NCBI GenBank assembly: GCA_037442105.1
Contig: JBBIQV010000006.1
Location: 1-64,000, forward strand
Length of the DNA stretch: 64,000 nt
DNA from: Nitrospiraceae bacterium
GTDB lineage: Bacteria; Nitrospirota; Nitrospiria; Nitrospirales; Nitrospiraceae
Direction: 5' to 3'
The notes under the pieces were generated by a model, which was not told where the DNA came from, did no database searches, and saw nothing but the letters and a program-made list of their open reading frames with translations. Both the position numbers and the translations under genes were made by a program. Shown piece after piece: positions 28,482 to 39,600 of this stretch. Within the stretch, counting starts at the first letter, position 1. Each line of letters begins with the position of its first letter.

Positions 28482-29887
28482 GCTCGGTTCCCTTGAATCG
28501 ATTGTGTACGGGCTTGCAGAAAACCCGACTGCGTTTGCAGTTGGCGCAAGAGCCCGTCCAGAGCGGCGTACTGCCTGCGGAGCCGCTCCTGGTATTGACC
28601 GATCGCATCGTCCTTGCGCGCGATGTCGGTCGTCAGGTCCGCGATGCGGTCCGACAGTCCGGATTTACGCAGCGTCAATGGGCCGCTTGCGATATCGTCG
28701 AGCGTGTCGACGGCGTTGTTGATGAGCTGGGCGACGCCGGTCGAAGAGGTCTGATTGATGAACAGCGATTTTACGGCGGCGTAATTGGCGCTCAACGCGG
28801 CGTCCAGCTTGGTGTCTTCTACGGTGACGGTGCCGTCACGTTCGGTCTTGAATCCGATCTCGCCGACACTCGTATACGTTGTAAGCCCGGTGACCGGAGA
28901 GGATAGGGCTTGGCGCAACTGACTGAGGACGGTCCGAACGGTCGGTTCGCTGAAGAAGATCCCGCCTTGCTTCGTGGTGACGTCGTACGTGCTCCGTTCG
29001 TTGATGAACTTCACGATGTCGGTATAGGCGGTGGCAAGCGCCTTGATGTTGGTCTTCACCGCAGCGACGTCGCGCGCAACGTTGACCTGCACCGTAGAAC
29101 TGCCGGTCGTCTTGTTGAGCGTCAAAGTGACGCCGGCGATCGCGTCCGTAATGGTGTTGCTGCTCCGCTGGATGGTCACGGGATTGAGAGCCGGATCGCC
29201 CAGGACGATGATCGCGTCCTGGGCGGCTTGCAACGTGTCGATCCCGCCGGTGCCGCTCGAGTTCAGGAGATCCAACGTCGTGCCGTCGGCGACAATCGTA
29301 ATTCCGTTGCTTCCGCCCGTACTGGCGGCGGTCAAGACCAACCGATACGCGGGCGATGCATCGCTGCCTGTGTTGACGATCGACGCAGTCACCCCCGCGC
29401 CCAAGTCGTTGATGGCGCTTTTCAGATCTTCCAGGGTGCCGGTGCCTCCGAGCGTGACGGTCTGGTTGGAACCGGTTCCAACTTTGAAGGTAAACGTCGC
29501 GGAGGCTCCGCTCACGATGTCCGTGGTGGTGCTCGACACGGCCTTGGCGGATTTGTTTGTGATCTGGTGCGACTGGGCAAGTTGGGTAACCTTGACCGTA
29601 TAACTGCCGGCTGTGGCGGTGGAGGACCCTGTGGCGCTGAGCACCGTGGAATCGCTGATGGAGACGCTGGTCCGGTCGAAGGTGGTTGAAAGCCTCAAGG
29701 CATCGGCGGCGCTTTGCAAGGAAAGGAGTTTCGTGCCGAGCGTGGTAAGGTCGGTAAGTTTCGTATTCAGGTTTGTTTTGGTCTTCTCGAGCCGGTCGAC
29801 CGGCAGGCGCGCCACCTTGACCAGTTGATCGACGATCTGGCCGAAATCCAGCCCGTTGCCGAGCCCCCCGAAACTCACCGTCGGCAT
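28478..29887 (-). CDS. fliD: Flagellar filament cap FliD
   Basis: GGLGNGLD, VTQLAQSH, AAQDA, SSNTITDAIAGVT, QYAALD. Confidence 0.95.
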   Translation of the reverse strand: MPTVSFGGLGNGLDFGQIVDQLVKVARLPVDRLEKTKTNLNTKLTDLTTLGTKLLSLQSAADALRLSTTFDRTSVSISDSTVLSATGSSTATAGSYTVKVTQLAQSHQITNKSAKAVSSTTTDIVSGASATFTFKVGTGSNQTVTLGGTGTLEDLKSAINDLGAGVTASIVNTGSDASPAYRLVLTAASTGGSNGITIVADGTTLDLLNSSGTGGIDTLQAAQDAIIVLGDPALNPVTIQRSSNTITDAIAGVTLTLNKTTGSSTVQVNVARDVAAVKTNIKALATAYTDIVKFINERSTYDVTTKQGGIFFSEPTVRTVLSQLRQALSSPVTGLTTYTSVGEIGFKTERDGTVTVEDTKLDAALSANYAAVKSLFINQTSSTGVAQLINNAVDTLDDIASGPLTLRKSGLSDRIADLTTDIARKDDAIGQYQERLRRQYAALDGLLRQLQTQSGFLQARTQSIQGNRA

Positions 29888-29897
29888 AAAATGCTCT

Positions 29898-30257
29898 CTA
29901 AACCCGCTCTCTCAGCAAGAGCCCCTTCAGCCCGTCCAGTTCCTTCGCCAGCTCGATGAACTCCTGCGGAGGAATCTGTCGAATGACTTCGCCGGATTCC
30001 CCGTTCAGGATTTTGATTACAACCCGATCGAGATCCGGCTCGATCTCGATCTCCAACTGTGCGTCCGTTGCGCGGAACGCCTCACGGACTCTGGCCGCCG
30101 CTTGTTCGAGCTGCTCCCGATCCACGGAAGCCGTCTTGGCTTCGGTGGCTGCCGGATGAGCTGATCCGGATTGTGACATCCCCGTACCCTGCGCCGGTCC
30201 GGCACGGTGGCCCGTCGGGAGCTGAAGGTCCGGTTTTCCTGTCACATCCTGGACCAT
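29898..30257 (-). CDS. flaG: Flagellar protein FlaG
   Basis: VVIKILNGESGEVIRQIPPQE; between fliC and fliD. Confidence 0.9.
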   Translation of the reverse strand: MVQDVTGKPDLQLPTGHRAGPAQGTGMSQSGSAHPAATEAKTASVDREQLEQAAARVREAFRATDAQLEIEIEPDLDRVVIKILNGESGEVIRQIPPQEFIELAKELDGLKGLLLRERV

Positions 30258-30275
30258 GGTACCCTCCCCCTCGCT

Positions 30276-30329
30276 CCGGCCTTTACCGCGGCCCTCCCTC
30301 GGATAGAGGGAGGGCGGGTGAAGGTCCGG
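30276..30329 (-). terminator. Strong hairpin downstream of flagellin (terminator or mRNA stabiliser; no U-tract)
   Basis: GCCCTCCCTC-GGATA-GAGGGAGGGC core with extended imperfect stem. Confidence 0.55.
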
Positions 30330-30335
30330 TCACGC

Positions 30336-31163
30336 CTAGCCTCGCAGCAGGGCGAGCGCCTGTTGCGGCAAGGTATTAGCCTGAGCCAGCACGGCGATAC
30401 CGGTCTGGACGAGGATTTGGTTCTTCGTAAAGATCGACGTTTCGTAGGCGATGTCCGCATCGCGGATACGCGATTCGGCTGCCGTGAGCGTCTCACTTGT
30501 CACCTGGAGACTCGCGATCGTCGCCTCAAACCGGTTCTGGATCGACCCATACTCGGCTCGGGCGGTGGCGATGGCGCTGATGGCGCTGTCGATGTTGCCC
30601 AACGCGCTCTGCGCGTTGGCCGCTGTGGACACGTTCACGCTGCTGATGCCCAACGAGGAAATCGTCAGGTCGTTCAGGCTTAAGGTCAGGGTATTGCCTG
30701 TTCCGCTCTTAAACCCGACCTGAACCGTAAAGTTGATCGAGCTCCCGCTCAGCAGAGCCTGACCGTTGAACTCGGTCACTTGCGCGATCCGGTCGATTTC
30801 GGATCGGAGGGCCAGGAACTCCTGGTCGATGTAGGACCGTTCCGTCGCTCCCACCGTACCGCTCGACGATTGCGAGGCGAGTTCACGAAGACGGGCGAGC
30901 AAGGACCCGGCGGTGCTCGCGGCGCCGTCGGCGATCTGCGTCAAACTGATCCCGTCTGACGAGTTCCGAATCGCCTGATTGATGCTGCGGACATGTGCGC
31001 GCAAAGTCTCGGACAAACCGAGACCGGCGGCGTCATCCGCGGCCCGGGTAATCCGGAGACCCGAGGACAGGCGCTCGACGGACCGCGCCAGGCCGAGCGT
31101 GTTGACCGACAGATTGCGCTGTGCGGCGAGCGATGACGGGTTGTTGTTGATGATTAACGACAT
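30336..31163 (-). CDS. fliC: Flagellin (short, 275 aa)
   Basis: RLSSGLRITRAADDAAGL; AAESRIRDADIA; AQAN. Confidence 0.97.
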   Translation of the reverse strand: MSLIINNNPSSLAAQRNLSVNTLGLARSVERLSSGLRITRAADDAAGLGLSETLRAHVRSINQAIRNSSDGISLTQIADGAASTAGSLLARLRELASQSSSGTVGATERSYIDQEFLALRSEIDRIAQVTEFNGQALLSGSSINFTVQVGFKSGTGNTLTLSLNDLTISSLGISSVNVSTAANAQSALGNIDSAISAIATARAEYGSIQNRFEATIASLQVTSETLTAAESRIRDADIAYETSIFTKNQILVQTGIAVLAQANTLPQQALALLRG

Positions 31164-31266
31164 AAACCCTTCCTCCTTGAAAAACCGACCCTACCGTATT
31201 CCTGCGCCTCCGGCGTCCGTGCTAAGGCTGCGATCCGTGCGACCTTTCTTCGCACAGTTGCAACCC

Positions 31267-31293
31267 TTATCGGTCTTCCACATCAAGACTTGA
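31267..31293 (-). promoter_or_regulatory. Sigma-28 promoter of flagellin
   Basis: TCAA-N15-ACCGATAA about 100 nt upstream of fliC. Confidence 0.75.
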
Positions 31294-31358
31294 GCCCTGG
31301 AACAATCGGCACGGAGCGGCGGCGGAAACACCTAACGAGCACGAACGAAGCGAAGCGC

Positions 31359-31886
31359 TCAGGAAACCAGGCGCGGCAGCAGCTCGTACTCCAACAGATC
31401 GGCCAGCCGCACCGGATCTCCGGCGTTCCGTGCTTCCATGAGTTCCTGAACCCAGGAAACGAGCGAGTTTCTGTCTGACACGGAACTACCATGCGCGGAT
31501 GCGGTTTCCGTCATTTCGAGATAGTCGGCTAATTTCCCGAGCCAGACGTCCAACGACCCTAGGTTGCCGGTTCCGGTCCTAAAAGAACGGATCAAGACGG
31601 CCCCTTCATCCCGGAGGAAACCGGCATACTTGCGAAGCGATTGTTGCGCCGCCTGCAGGACCTCTCTCACAGCTTGTGAAGTCGCGCGGACGCCACCGGT
31701 CTCCCCGGCTTTCGTTGCGAGCAGGGTCGGTTCGAGGTCCCGGTCGCTGAGGGGACGATCACCTACGGTCAAGCTCGTCACGATGCGTGATTGAGCCTGG
31801 GCACGATCACTCACCTGCGCCAGGACATCGGCTAACAGGACGTCGTCCGCGACTTCCCATTGTTCTTGATCGAGTATCACCTGCAT
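31359..31886 (-). CDS. Hypothetical protein of flagellin-modification region
   Basis: AAGGAG RBS; C-terminal DPVRLADLLEYEL. Confidence 0.75.
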   Translation of the reverse strand: MQVILDQEQWEVADDVLLADVLAQVSDRAQAQSRIVTSLTVGDRPLSDRDLEPTLLATKAGETGGVRATSQAVREVLQAAQQSLRKYAGFLRDEGAVLIRSFRTGTGNLGSLDVWLGKLADYLEMTETASAHGSSVSDRNSLVSWVQELMEARNAGDPVRLADLLEYELLPRLVS

Positions 31887-31933
31887 GGTCGGTCTCCTTT
31901 TCGTCTTTTGGTGCTGCCAAGGATGCTCCTGCG

Positions 31934-33619
31934 TCATCGGTGTCCGATGGCCGGCACCGGGCCGGAAGCGACATCTCGGCCAAAGGGCCGCCGGGAAGGA
32001 TCGCCGGTGGCGTTGTGCAGCCGTGCCTGAATGTCCTTCGCGCGCTTGCGCCAGAGCTCATAGGCATGTGCATGGTGTCGCGCGAGCCGTTCTAAACCTT
32101 GGACATTGTCGTTATGAATGTCGCGAAGGAACGACACCGCCAGCGGAGCGGTCGCCGGCGATTCCATTCCTCTGGTCACCGCCTCCTGCCGGGCTTTTCC
32201 TAACCGTGCCTGGAAGGTCTTCAAGGCTTCGACCGGCACGGGACGGCGGGAAGAGATCCGCACCATTTCATCGGCTTGATCGCAGAGCCTGTCCAGTAGA
32301 GGAAGCAAGCAGCCCAACCGCTCGTCGGCGTCGGACAGGTCGGGCGGAGGACCGATCGGCGCGGAAGTGCGACTCGGCGTGCCCGTGAATGCTTCGTACC
32401 AGTAGCGACGCCAGAAAGAGGCATACCAGGCCGTCGTGGGATGTTCGGCCCCGGCGAGAAGCCTGTACGTAGCCAGACCATCTTCGTCTACGGCCGACTG
32501 ATACAGTCTGGCTCCGCCGGCGGTGACCGGCACAGACGCCTGCTGCAAAACGTGCCGGCATAATGCCGCCATCTCTGCGGTCGCCACGCGATCTTTACAG
32601 CCGTGATGGAAACACACGCGGTCGAAACTGCAGGGAGCGCAGTCAAGCTCAGGCTGGACGACCCAGTGGCCGGGACCGTAGGGGCCGGTTTCTCGAAAAT
32701 CGACATGCCCAACCGATAGATCGACGACCGGTGTGCCGACCGCAACTGCGAGGTGCATGGGGCCTGTGTCATTGGTGAGGAGCATACGACACTCGGCCAG
32801 CAGGCCGACCAACTGGGGCAGCGATGTACGCCCCACCGCCACGCGCAACGGAGCCCGGCCTCCTGCATCCCGATAGGCTCCCTTCACCTGGATGATCGTT
32901 TCTTGTTCAGCCGTTGTACCGACGAGGACGAAGCCGACCGATAATATCTTGCTGAGAAGCGCCATCGTCCGCCCGAAGTATTCCGGACGCCAGGCCTTCA
33001 TCGGGTCGCTGGCTCCGGCTTGAACGGCCACCCACTGCGCGGCGGTCGCCGGCTCTGAGGCAAGGAAACGGCGAGCCCAGTCGGAGGCGCCGGCCGGCAC
33101 CGCGAGTCGAAGCGGAGAAAACGGCCCGACTCCGCTTCCCCCAAGCGCATAGACATCCACGAGGTTGAAGCGATTGAACCGGCGGTAGAGATGCATATCG
33201 GTGAAGTAGGCCATCCAGGGATTCTCGACAACCGGCCCGCCGTCCCAGGCGCTGCGCACCCCGCGAATGTCGGAGGCGCCGACGTAGCCGGCGAGCAGTC
33301 CGCTGCATTGATTGAAGGTGAGATTGACGATGCGGTCATACCCTGCCTCGGCAAGAGGCTTCGCCCACGCCGCGACGTCTTGATACAACGCGACCACGTC
33401 TTTTGCTTTGGCTCGGCTGTCATCGATCAGGGCATGAAAGTCATACGCCGCAATGTGTCGCAGCCCCGGCAGCAATTCTGCGACCGGAGCAAACCGCCGA
33501 TCCACAACGAGATCGATTCCGGCGCCGGGCCATTCGTGCTGGAGTCTGGCCAGAAGGGGTCCCATCTGCACGAGGTCGCCCATGCGCGTGATGTTGAGGA
33601 TCAGGACCTGCTTGCTCAC
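31934..33619 (-). CDS. Glycosyltransferase family 9 (heptosyltransferase-like) with C-terminal extension
   Basis: TRMGDLVQ, QAGAS..KAW, TNDTGPMHLAVAVG. Confidence 0.9.
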   Translation of the reverse strand: MSKQVLILNITRMGDLVQMGPLLARLQHEWPGAGIDLVVDRRFAPVAELLPGLRHIAAYDFHALIDDSRAKAKDVVALYQDVAAWAKPLAEAGYDRIVNLTFNQCSGLLAGYVGASDIRGVRSAWDGGPVVENPWMAYFTDMHLYRRFNRFNLVDVYALGGSGVGPFSPLRLAVPAGASDWARRFLASEPATAAQWVAVQAGASDPMKAWRPEYFGRTMALLSKILSVGFVLVGTTAEQETIIQVKGAYRDAGGRAPLRVAVGRTSLPQLVGLLAECRMLLTNDTGPMHLAVAVGTPVVDLSVGHVDFRETGPYGPGHWVVQPELDCAPCSFDRVCFHHGCKDRVATAEMAALCRHVLQQASVPVTAGGARLYQSAVDEDGLATYRLLAGAEHPTTAWYASFWRRYWYEAFTGTPSRTSAPIGPPPDLSDADERLGCLLPLLDRLCDQADEMVRISSRRPVPVEALKTFQARLGKARQEAVTRGMESPATAPLAVSFLRDIHNDNVQGLERLARHHAHAYELWRKRAKDIQARLHNATGDPSRRPFGRDVASGPVPAIGHR

Positions 33620-35433
33620 AACATGTCTCTCGTTTCAGAGCGATAGGCGTCGAGCATGAGAATCAGGAGGTCCTCGCGCGCCAGCGTCGCCGTGGGTCCT
33701 CGCGAGCGGATTGTCTCGGCAAGATCCTTCAGCTCAACGCGCCGGCCGGAGGGAAAGCGCCGCAGCAAGGGAACCAGTTCAGGCGCCTTCTCGCATCGGT
33801 CGGTCAACCGCGCAGCGTCGCGTTCACCCCGCAGCAGGGATCCGATACGATCCGGTTGACTCACGCCGATATGGGCCAACAAATCGCGCAGGCGATGGAC
33901 ATAGGTATGGTGATCGAGAACACGCCGGCGCGCGGCGGCGACGAAGGCCGTCCTGCCGGCGGAGTCGGCCAACCATGTCCGGATGAGCGGCTGCAACTCA
34001 TCCGCCGAACGAAAGGCGACCACTTCTTTCTCGGAAAACAACTCGGGCATCAATGTCCGATGATCGACCAATTGGAACGCTCCGCAGGCAGCCAGCTCAA
34101 ACGTGCGTGGATTGACGAAGTCGGCGTGAGGATCGAGCCCCGCGCCCGACGAGGAGTGCAGGTTCAGATTGACGGTCGTCGCGCTAAATACTTTCATGCA
34201 GGTCTCGGTATCGATCCGGGCGCCGTTCCGTTGAAGGACAGGAAGGAGGTCCGTTGCTCCGTCCCATTCGTTTCCCCAAAGTTTGAATGACCATTCGCTC
34301 GTGATCAGACGAGGCAGCAGCGCCCGGCGATTGGCATAGCCGGCCCCGACGAATGAGATGTCGGCGCCATACTCCTCCCGCTCCTCGGCTGTCAGAGACA
34401 TTGGACGATGCACTGCCGGATCCGCCGCCATCGGCAGATACGCGACCTGTTTGGCTCCTGCACGCCGAAAGGCGTCGAGACAATCTGCTTGCTGAATCAC
34501 AAACCAGTAGTCATATCCGGTCGCGAGTTGCTGCCAGTAGGTCAGGTGGCGGAAGTTCTCCACGAACCACATGGCGGTCGGAAACTTTTTCTTTCTGAGA
34601 TGCTCGAGGACCGGGACGGTCAAGGGCGCTTGGGCCAACGCCAGCACCAGGTCCGGGGGATCTTCCGCCAGGCGGACCAGCGTGGTGAGACCGAGCACTT
34701 CGGCGAACTTGCTCTGCACGGTGAGGCGGTGGCGGGTATCGCGGATGTTCCCGAACGATTCGTAACTGGTCTTATGGACGCTCTGATCGAGCCAACTCAC
34801 CCGATGCCCCAGTGTTTCGAGAGCCGAGACCACATACCCGGCGGTCGGCAGTGAGCCTCCATAAATGGGGCCGACGACCGCCACGTGAAGCTGTCCGCCC
34901 GACCGGTTTGCCAGCAGGCGTCGCAAAGCGACCTCCAGTTCTCCGTGGGCTTTGCCGTGCAATCCGGCGGCAGGCCCGTAGGACAAGAAGCGGAGAGGGC
35001 GGCCCAACGCGATCAATTGCTCGGCCATATCGTGCGGGGTTCCCCAGATCCAATCGACTTCTCCGAGCCAATTTCCAAGCATCCTGCCATTGCAGGCATC
35101 CCGCAGCACGTTCTGGTCCGGAACTATGACGGCGAGCGATGACCCGGACGGTGCAAGCCGTCGCAGGGCTTCCACATGGTAGAGCAGTCCCACTCCGAGC
35201 ACGACGCCGGTTTCCCCCTCCTTCCACGTGGACTGCTGCGATTCGGCCCAGGCATGAGCTTCTTCCTGCGGATTATAGGCACTGTGCACCCAACGACCGG
35301 CCACGGTTGCCGAGGGCATCCCATTGCGGGCTCGGACGATCGTGAGCACACCCCCCTCGGCCTCGCGCAGGGCGTGCGCCAAGGCTGAGTGTTTCTCCGC
35401 AATCCAATGAAGATTGTCGTCCAGCACACTCAT
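33616..35433 (-). CDS. Maf-N-like + CgeB-type glycosyltransferase fusion
   Basis: N-terminal HSAYNPQEEA, GVGLLYH; C-terminal ISFVGAGYANR, NPRTFELAACGAFQL, HTYVHR; ATGA overlap. Confidence 0.8.
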   Translation of the reverse strand: MSVLDDNLHWIAEKHSALAHALREAEGGVLTIVRARNGMPSATVAGRWVHSAYNPQEEAHAWAESQQSTWKEGETGVVLGVGLLYHVEALRRLAPSGSSLAVIVPDQNVLRDACNGRMLGNWLGEVDWIWGTPHDMAEQLIALGRPLRFLSYGPAAGLHGKAHGELEVALRRLLANRSGGQLHVAVVGPIYGGSLPTAGYVVSALETLGHRVSWLDQSVHKTSYESFGNIRDTRHRLTVQSKFAEVLGLTTLVRLAEDPPDLVLALAQAPLTVPVLEHLRKKKFPTAMWFVENFRHLTYWQQLATGYDYWFVIQQADCLDAFRRAGAKQVAYLPMAADPAVHRPMSLTAEEREEYGADISFVGAGYANRRALLPRLITSEWSFKLWGNEWDGATDLLPVLQRNGARIDTETCMKVFSATTVNLNLHSSSGAGLDPHADFVNPRTFELAACGAFQLVDHRTLMPELFSEKEVVAFRSADELQPLIRTWLADSAGRTAFVAAARRRVLDHHTYVHRLRDLLAHIGVSQPDRIGSLLRGERDAARLTDRCEKAPELVPLLRRFPSGRRVELKDLAETIRSRGPTATLAREDLLILMLDAYRSETRDML

Positions 35434-36647
35434 CGGCAGAACTCCGCGAGGTTCTCTTGATGGATAGTCCGCCACACCTGTTCCCGCTGGAGCGGCGGCG
35501 AAGAAGAGGTGCCAGCCTGAGTGAAAAATGCACCCCAGCGGTCAACGTGGCTTTCCCACAATGACCAGCCTTCGAGCACTCGCCGGCACGACCCGGTCTG
35601 GATTAATTCGATGCTTTCTTCCACCGGCCACGTATCCGGCCGTGGCGGATGACCGTCACCACTGACGTCCTCTCGCTGCCACACCCAATGCCCTTCTCCA
35701 TAAGGACCGGTTTCATGGACTCGGGCACGGGCGAAATAGAACCCGATGGCGCGGGCTCCCAGTGCAACGGCGAGATGCAGCGGGCCCGTATCAGGCCCGG
35801 CGACCCATTGGCATCGGCTGAGGAGCAGCGCCAACCGTGGAAGGTCTGTCCGACCGGTCGCATCCCACACCCGTCCCAACAACAGCGGAGGAAGGTCGTG
35901 TTGGATCACATGCGCTCGCTCCCGTTCCTGTCCGCTTCCGATCAACACCACGTGCCCGGTGGGGCTGCGGGTGAGGAACAGGGTGATCCAGCGATGCCAG
36001 ACTTCCGCCGGTATTTGTCGAGCCACATCGCCTGCGCCGACGATAACGGCCACCCACAGGCCGCTCCCCTGCCCGATGCCGTTGAGGTTCCGAGGCAGGT
36101 CCGTTCGGGGAGCAGCTAGACGGACCGACACCCCTGGCGGTTCAATGCCGCAGAGACCGCAAAACGCATCGGCCAGATGAACGCGGTTGGGACTTCGTCG
36201 CCGTACAATTTGTTGCAGGTAGGCGGCCCAGGGCGTGAGCTCATCATCAAGAGGACCATGGCGTTTGGGCCCCCGTACCTGTTTGGCCAGCAGTGCGCCG
36301 GCGAGGAGCGCGCGAGGGTGTTGATTCAGCACGTACCCGATCTCATAGAATTCCGGAGAGAGTTCCTTGATATGGCGAGCTACTTCGTCCAGCAGGTCGC
36401 GGCTGAGGTTTTCCGCGGAGGAATCCGCCCACGCGTGCCATCTGCTGCCGTCCCACCCCAGGACCCGATCGACCCCCGGAAGGAAGCTCGCCAAACCGAC
36501 CAAAGCTGAAGGGCAAAGCAGATCGAGCGGCCGGTTGTGGTATCGGGCCTTGAGCCCGACGATGGCCGGCAGGCTTTGGACAAGATCGCCTAGGCGAGCA
36601 AGTTGGATCAGAAGCCCACGGGGTGTCGCTCGTCCCTCAGACAACAT
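35430..36647 (-). CDS. Glycosyltransferase family 9
   Basis: ARLGDLVQS, GRTDL, DTGPLHLAVALG, ETGPYG. Confidence 0.88.
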   Translation of the reverse strand: MLSEGRATPRGLLIQLARLGDLVQSLPAIVGLKARYHNRPLDLLCPSALVGLASFLPGVDRVLGWDGSRWHAWADSSAENLSRDLLDEVARHIKELSPEFYEIGYVLNQHPRALLAGALLAKQVRGPKRHGPLDDELTPWAAYLQQIVRRRSPNRVHLADAFCGLCGIEPPGVSVRLAAPRTDLPRNLNGIGQGSGLWVAVIVGAGDVARQIPAEVWHRWITLFLTRSPTGHVVLIGSGQERERAHVIQHDLPPLLLGRVWDATGRTDLPRLALLLSRCQWVAGPDTGPLHLAVALGARAIGFYFARARVHETGPYGEGHWVWQREDVSGDGHPPRPDTWPVEESIELIQTGSCRRVLEGWSLWESHVDRWGAFFTQAGTSSSPPLQREQVWRTIHQENLAEFCR

Positions 36648-39600
36648 GGGAATGTGTCAGCGAGGCCTCCTTGTCTGCCAAGGCCTGTTCCAGCTCCGCC
36701 AGCCCGTCGAATGTCGGATTCAGTATCTTGATCGTGTCATGCTCCTTCCGTGCTGCGGCAGGGTGGTCGAGACGGAGGAAGACTCCTGCCAGCGCGAACC
36801 GGATCCCGATGTCGCCGGGGTTTCTCACCAGGTACTCGGTTAAACGTCGTTGCAGCTCATCCCACCACTGTAAAGCTGTCCCGGCCCGCAAGAGCCATTG
36901 GATCGCTTCGACATCGTCCGGGTTATCCTTCAATAATCCGGAGAACCGCTCCCAGGCCGGTTCGGCCTGGCCCAACCCCATCAAGGCCATGCCGGCCCCG
37001 AGACGGGCTTTCCTCACATCGGCACCAAACTGGCCGGCTCGCTCGAATGCGATCGCCGCTTCTCCACAGGCTTGCCGCTGCATCGCAATGATGCCGCGCA
37101 GGAACCACCCTTCCCCGTGCTGAGCGTTGCGGGACAGCAGTATGTTTACGTGAGAGTCGGCCTGCTCGAACTGCCCCTGATCGAGAACGAACCGCGCGAG
37201 AGCGATCCGCGCATCCGGGTCCTCCTCGATGCTTAAGATCCGTTCCCAGAAAGCCATGGCCAGCTCCGGAACGCCTGCGCGGCGGCAGACCAACGCGCCC
37301 CAGCGAAGAACCCAGGCATCGCTCGGCCAGTTCTTCGCCTGCGCGAGAAGATGCTTCACCGTCGCGAAATCCTGACGCTGCGCGGCCTGCTGCGCCTCGG
37401 CCACGAGACGCCATTGCTCACGGTCAGGCTCGGTCAACCGGCGTACATCGTTGTGGAGCATCCCGTTCTCTGTACGGACGTGACATGCGTAGCCATCGGC
37501 AAAATAGAGGGCATCTTCGTCGGTGATCCACCATTTGTGAGTCCATCGCTGAAGAAACCGTTGTGCATTCTCCTGGTCGTGAGCTTTTCTCCCCTGCGTC
37601 TGACTCTCCAGGTGATAGACGACGCTCGTGGGTTGGTACACGATTTTCCAGCCCTCTTCCCCCACTTTCAGACACAGGTCCACATCTTCGAAACCATTGC
37701 GATAGCCCTCGTCGAAGCCCCCGACCTTCTCGAATACTTCGCGGCGTATCAGCATGCAGGCGCCTGTGACACATTGAAACTCGCGCCGGTAGTTCACAGC
37801 CGGCATGTCCGCACGGGCCATCCGATAGAGGTGATATGGGGTAAAGAAAATTCGGGAGAAGCCGACGCCGGCGTGCTGGATCGTCCCGTCTTCATAGAGC
37901 AATTTGCTCCCGACGACCGCCACGTCCGGATGTTGCTCCACCTCCTCTACCATCGCCTGGAGCCATCCATCCAAGGGAATCGTGTCGTTATTCAGAAAGA
38001 CAAGATACCGGCCTTTGGCCGCCTTCGCCCCTTGATTGCAGCCCTTGGCAAATCCCAGGTTCTCGCTGTTCCTGATGATTTGCACATCGCCGCCGAGTTG
38101 GCTCAAGAACTCCGCGGTGCCGTCGGAAGAGGCGTTATCGACGATGATGACTTCGTACTCCACGCCGTGGGTCACTTCAGCCAGCTTGACGAGACATTGT
38201 TTCGTGAGATCGAGCTTATTGAAGACGGGAATAATGATGGAGGCCACGATCTGTTTGCCCGCTCCCGCCTCCTGTCCGACAGGTTGCGCCTGTAGATGTG
38301 CGGCCGCCGCCTCACAGACGCCCCATGCATAGGCCGCCTGTAGCAAAGCGTTGTAGAGCGGATAAAGAATGTTTCTTGTGTAGAAGTGGTCGTACCCCTG
38401 GTTGTTCAACCGGACAACTCCGAGCCTGCCGAGATCCGGCTTCTGAAGTTCCGATATCGCCTCCAGCAGTCCGCGGACATGTTCCTCTGTGTACCGTCCA
38501 CGGTTGTGCAGGATGTCCTGCAGGCCCAGGACCATGCCGTCGAGTTCCGGATGTTTGCGAGCGAGGATGACGGCCATATGCCCGGCCTTTCGCTGCCGGT
38601 GCACGAACCCCTCCACGGTGATTTCATGGTGATGGCGCGTGACGGCCATGGGGTTGTAATGGATCTGCATCCCCTGTCGCGCCAGGCGATAACCCAGTTC
38701 GGTGTCGTCGTACGCCGGATAGGTGAAGTCCTGATCGAAAAGCGTGGTCTGTTCGAGCAAGAGACTGCGTTTGAGCGAGATGTTGCTGGTGTAGAACAGG
38801 CGAAAATCCGCTTTCCCCTCCCGCACGACATGGAACGCAAACTGTTGCCCCCCTTCCGGCGAGACGATGAAATGCATGAACGGCGTGATCCGAATCTCAG
38901 GCGACCAGTCGATGAAGCCCAGCATCGCGTCCAGCTCGGAGGAATGCTGCCGGTGAAACTTCAGATGCGCTTCCAGGAAAGCCGGTTCCGGAATCATATC
39001 GTCGCCCGTGATGAGGACGATCTCCCCGCTTGCTTCACGGATCGCCAGATTGCGCGCCGCGTTCGCTCCCTGGTGTGGCTGGCTCAACGCTTTGAGCGTG
39101 AAGGATGCTTTGAACTGTTTCAGCATCGCCATGGTGTCGTCGGAGGACCCGTCGTCCACCACGATGACTTCGAACTGTTCCGGCGGAATCGTCTGGGACT
39201 CAAGGGCCAACAGAGTCTTTCGAAGAATGGCGCGGCGGTTGTAAGCCGGGATCACGACACTCAGCGGCAAGGCGGACACGGCAGCCTTCGCCGAGGGTTG
39301 TGGGTGAGCCACCACCGGCGTGCGAGGCGCCTGCGACACAAGCCGGCGCAATTGCGCGAGCGGAGCGTCGAGCCGGTAGGCCCACCGCAATAGTTGCTCA
39401 TAATGTTGTTGGGCGAACGCCTCTACCGGTTGGGAATGGTCGCCGGCCTGCCGGCGCTGAAGGATGGCGAATCCTTCCTCCAGGAATCGCTTGCCTGCCA
39501 CCATATCTTCCCTGCTCATGTTGGGACTGTGCATCGGCACTTGATGGCCACCGTAATCCTTCCATTGAAGCGACTCGATCCAGCCTTGGCGGATACCCTC

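Noticed and set aside
31164..31260. Several GGA motifs in the flagellin leader as CsrA sites
   Set aside because: Plausible, but GGA is frequent in GC-rich DNA and hairpin context could not be established.
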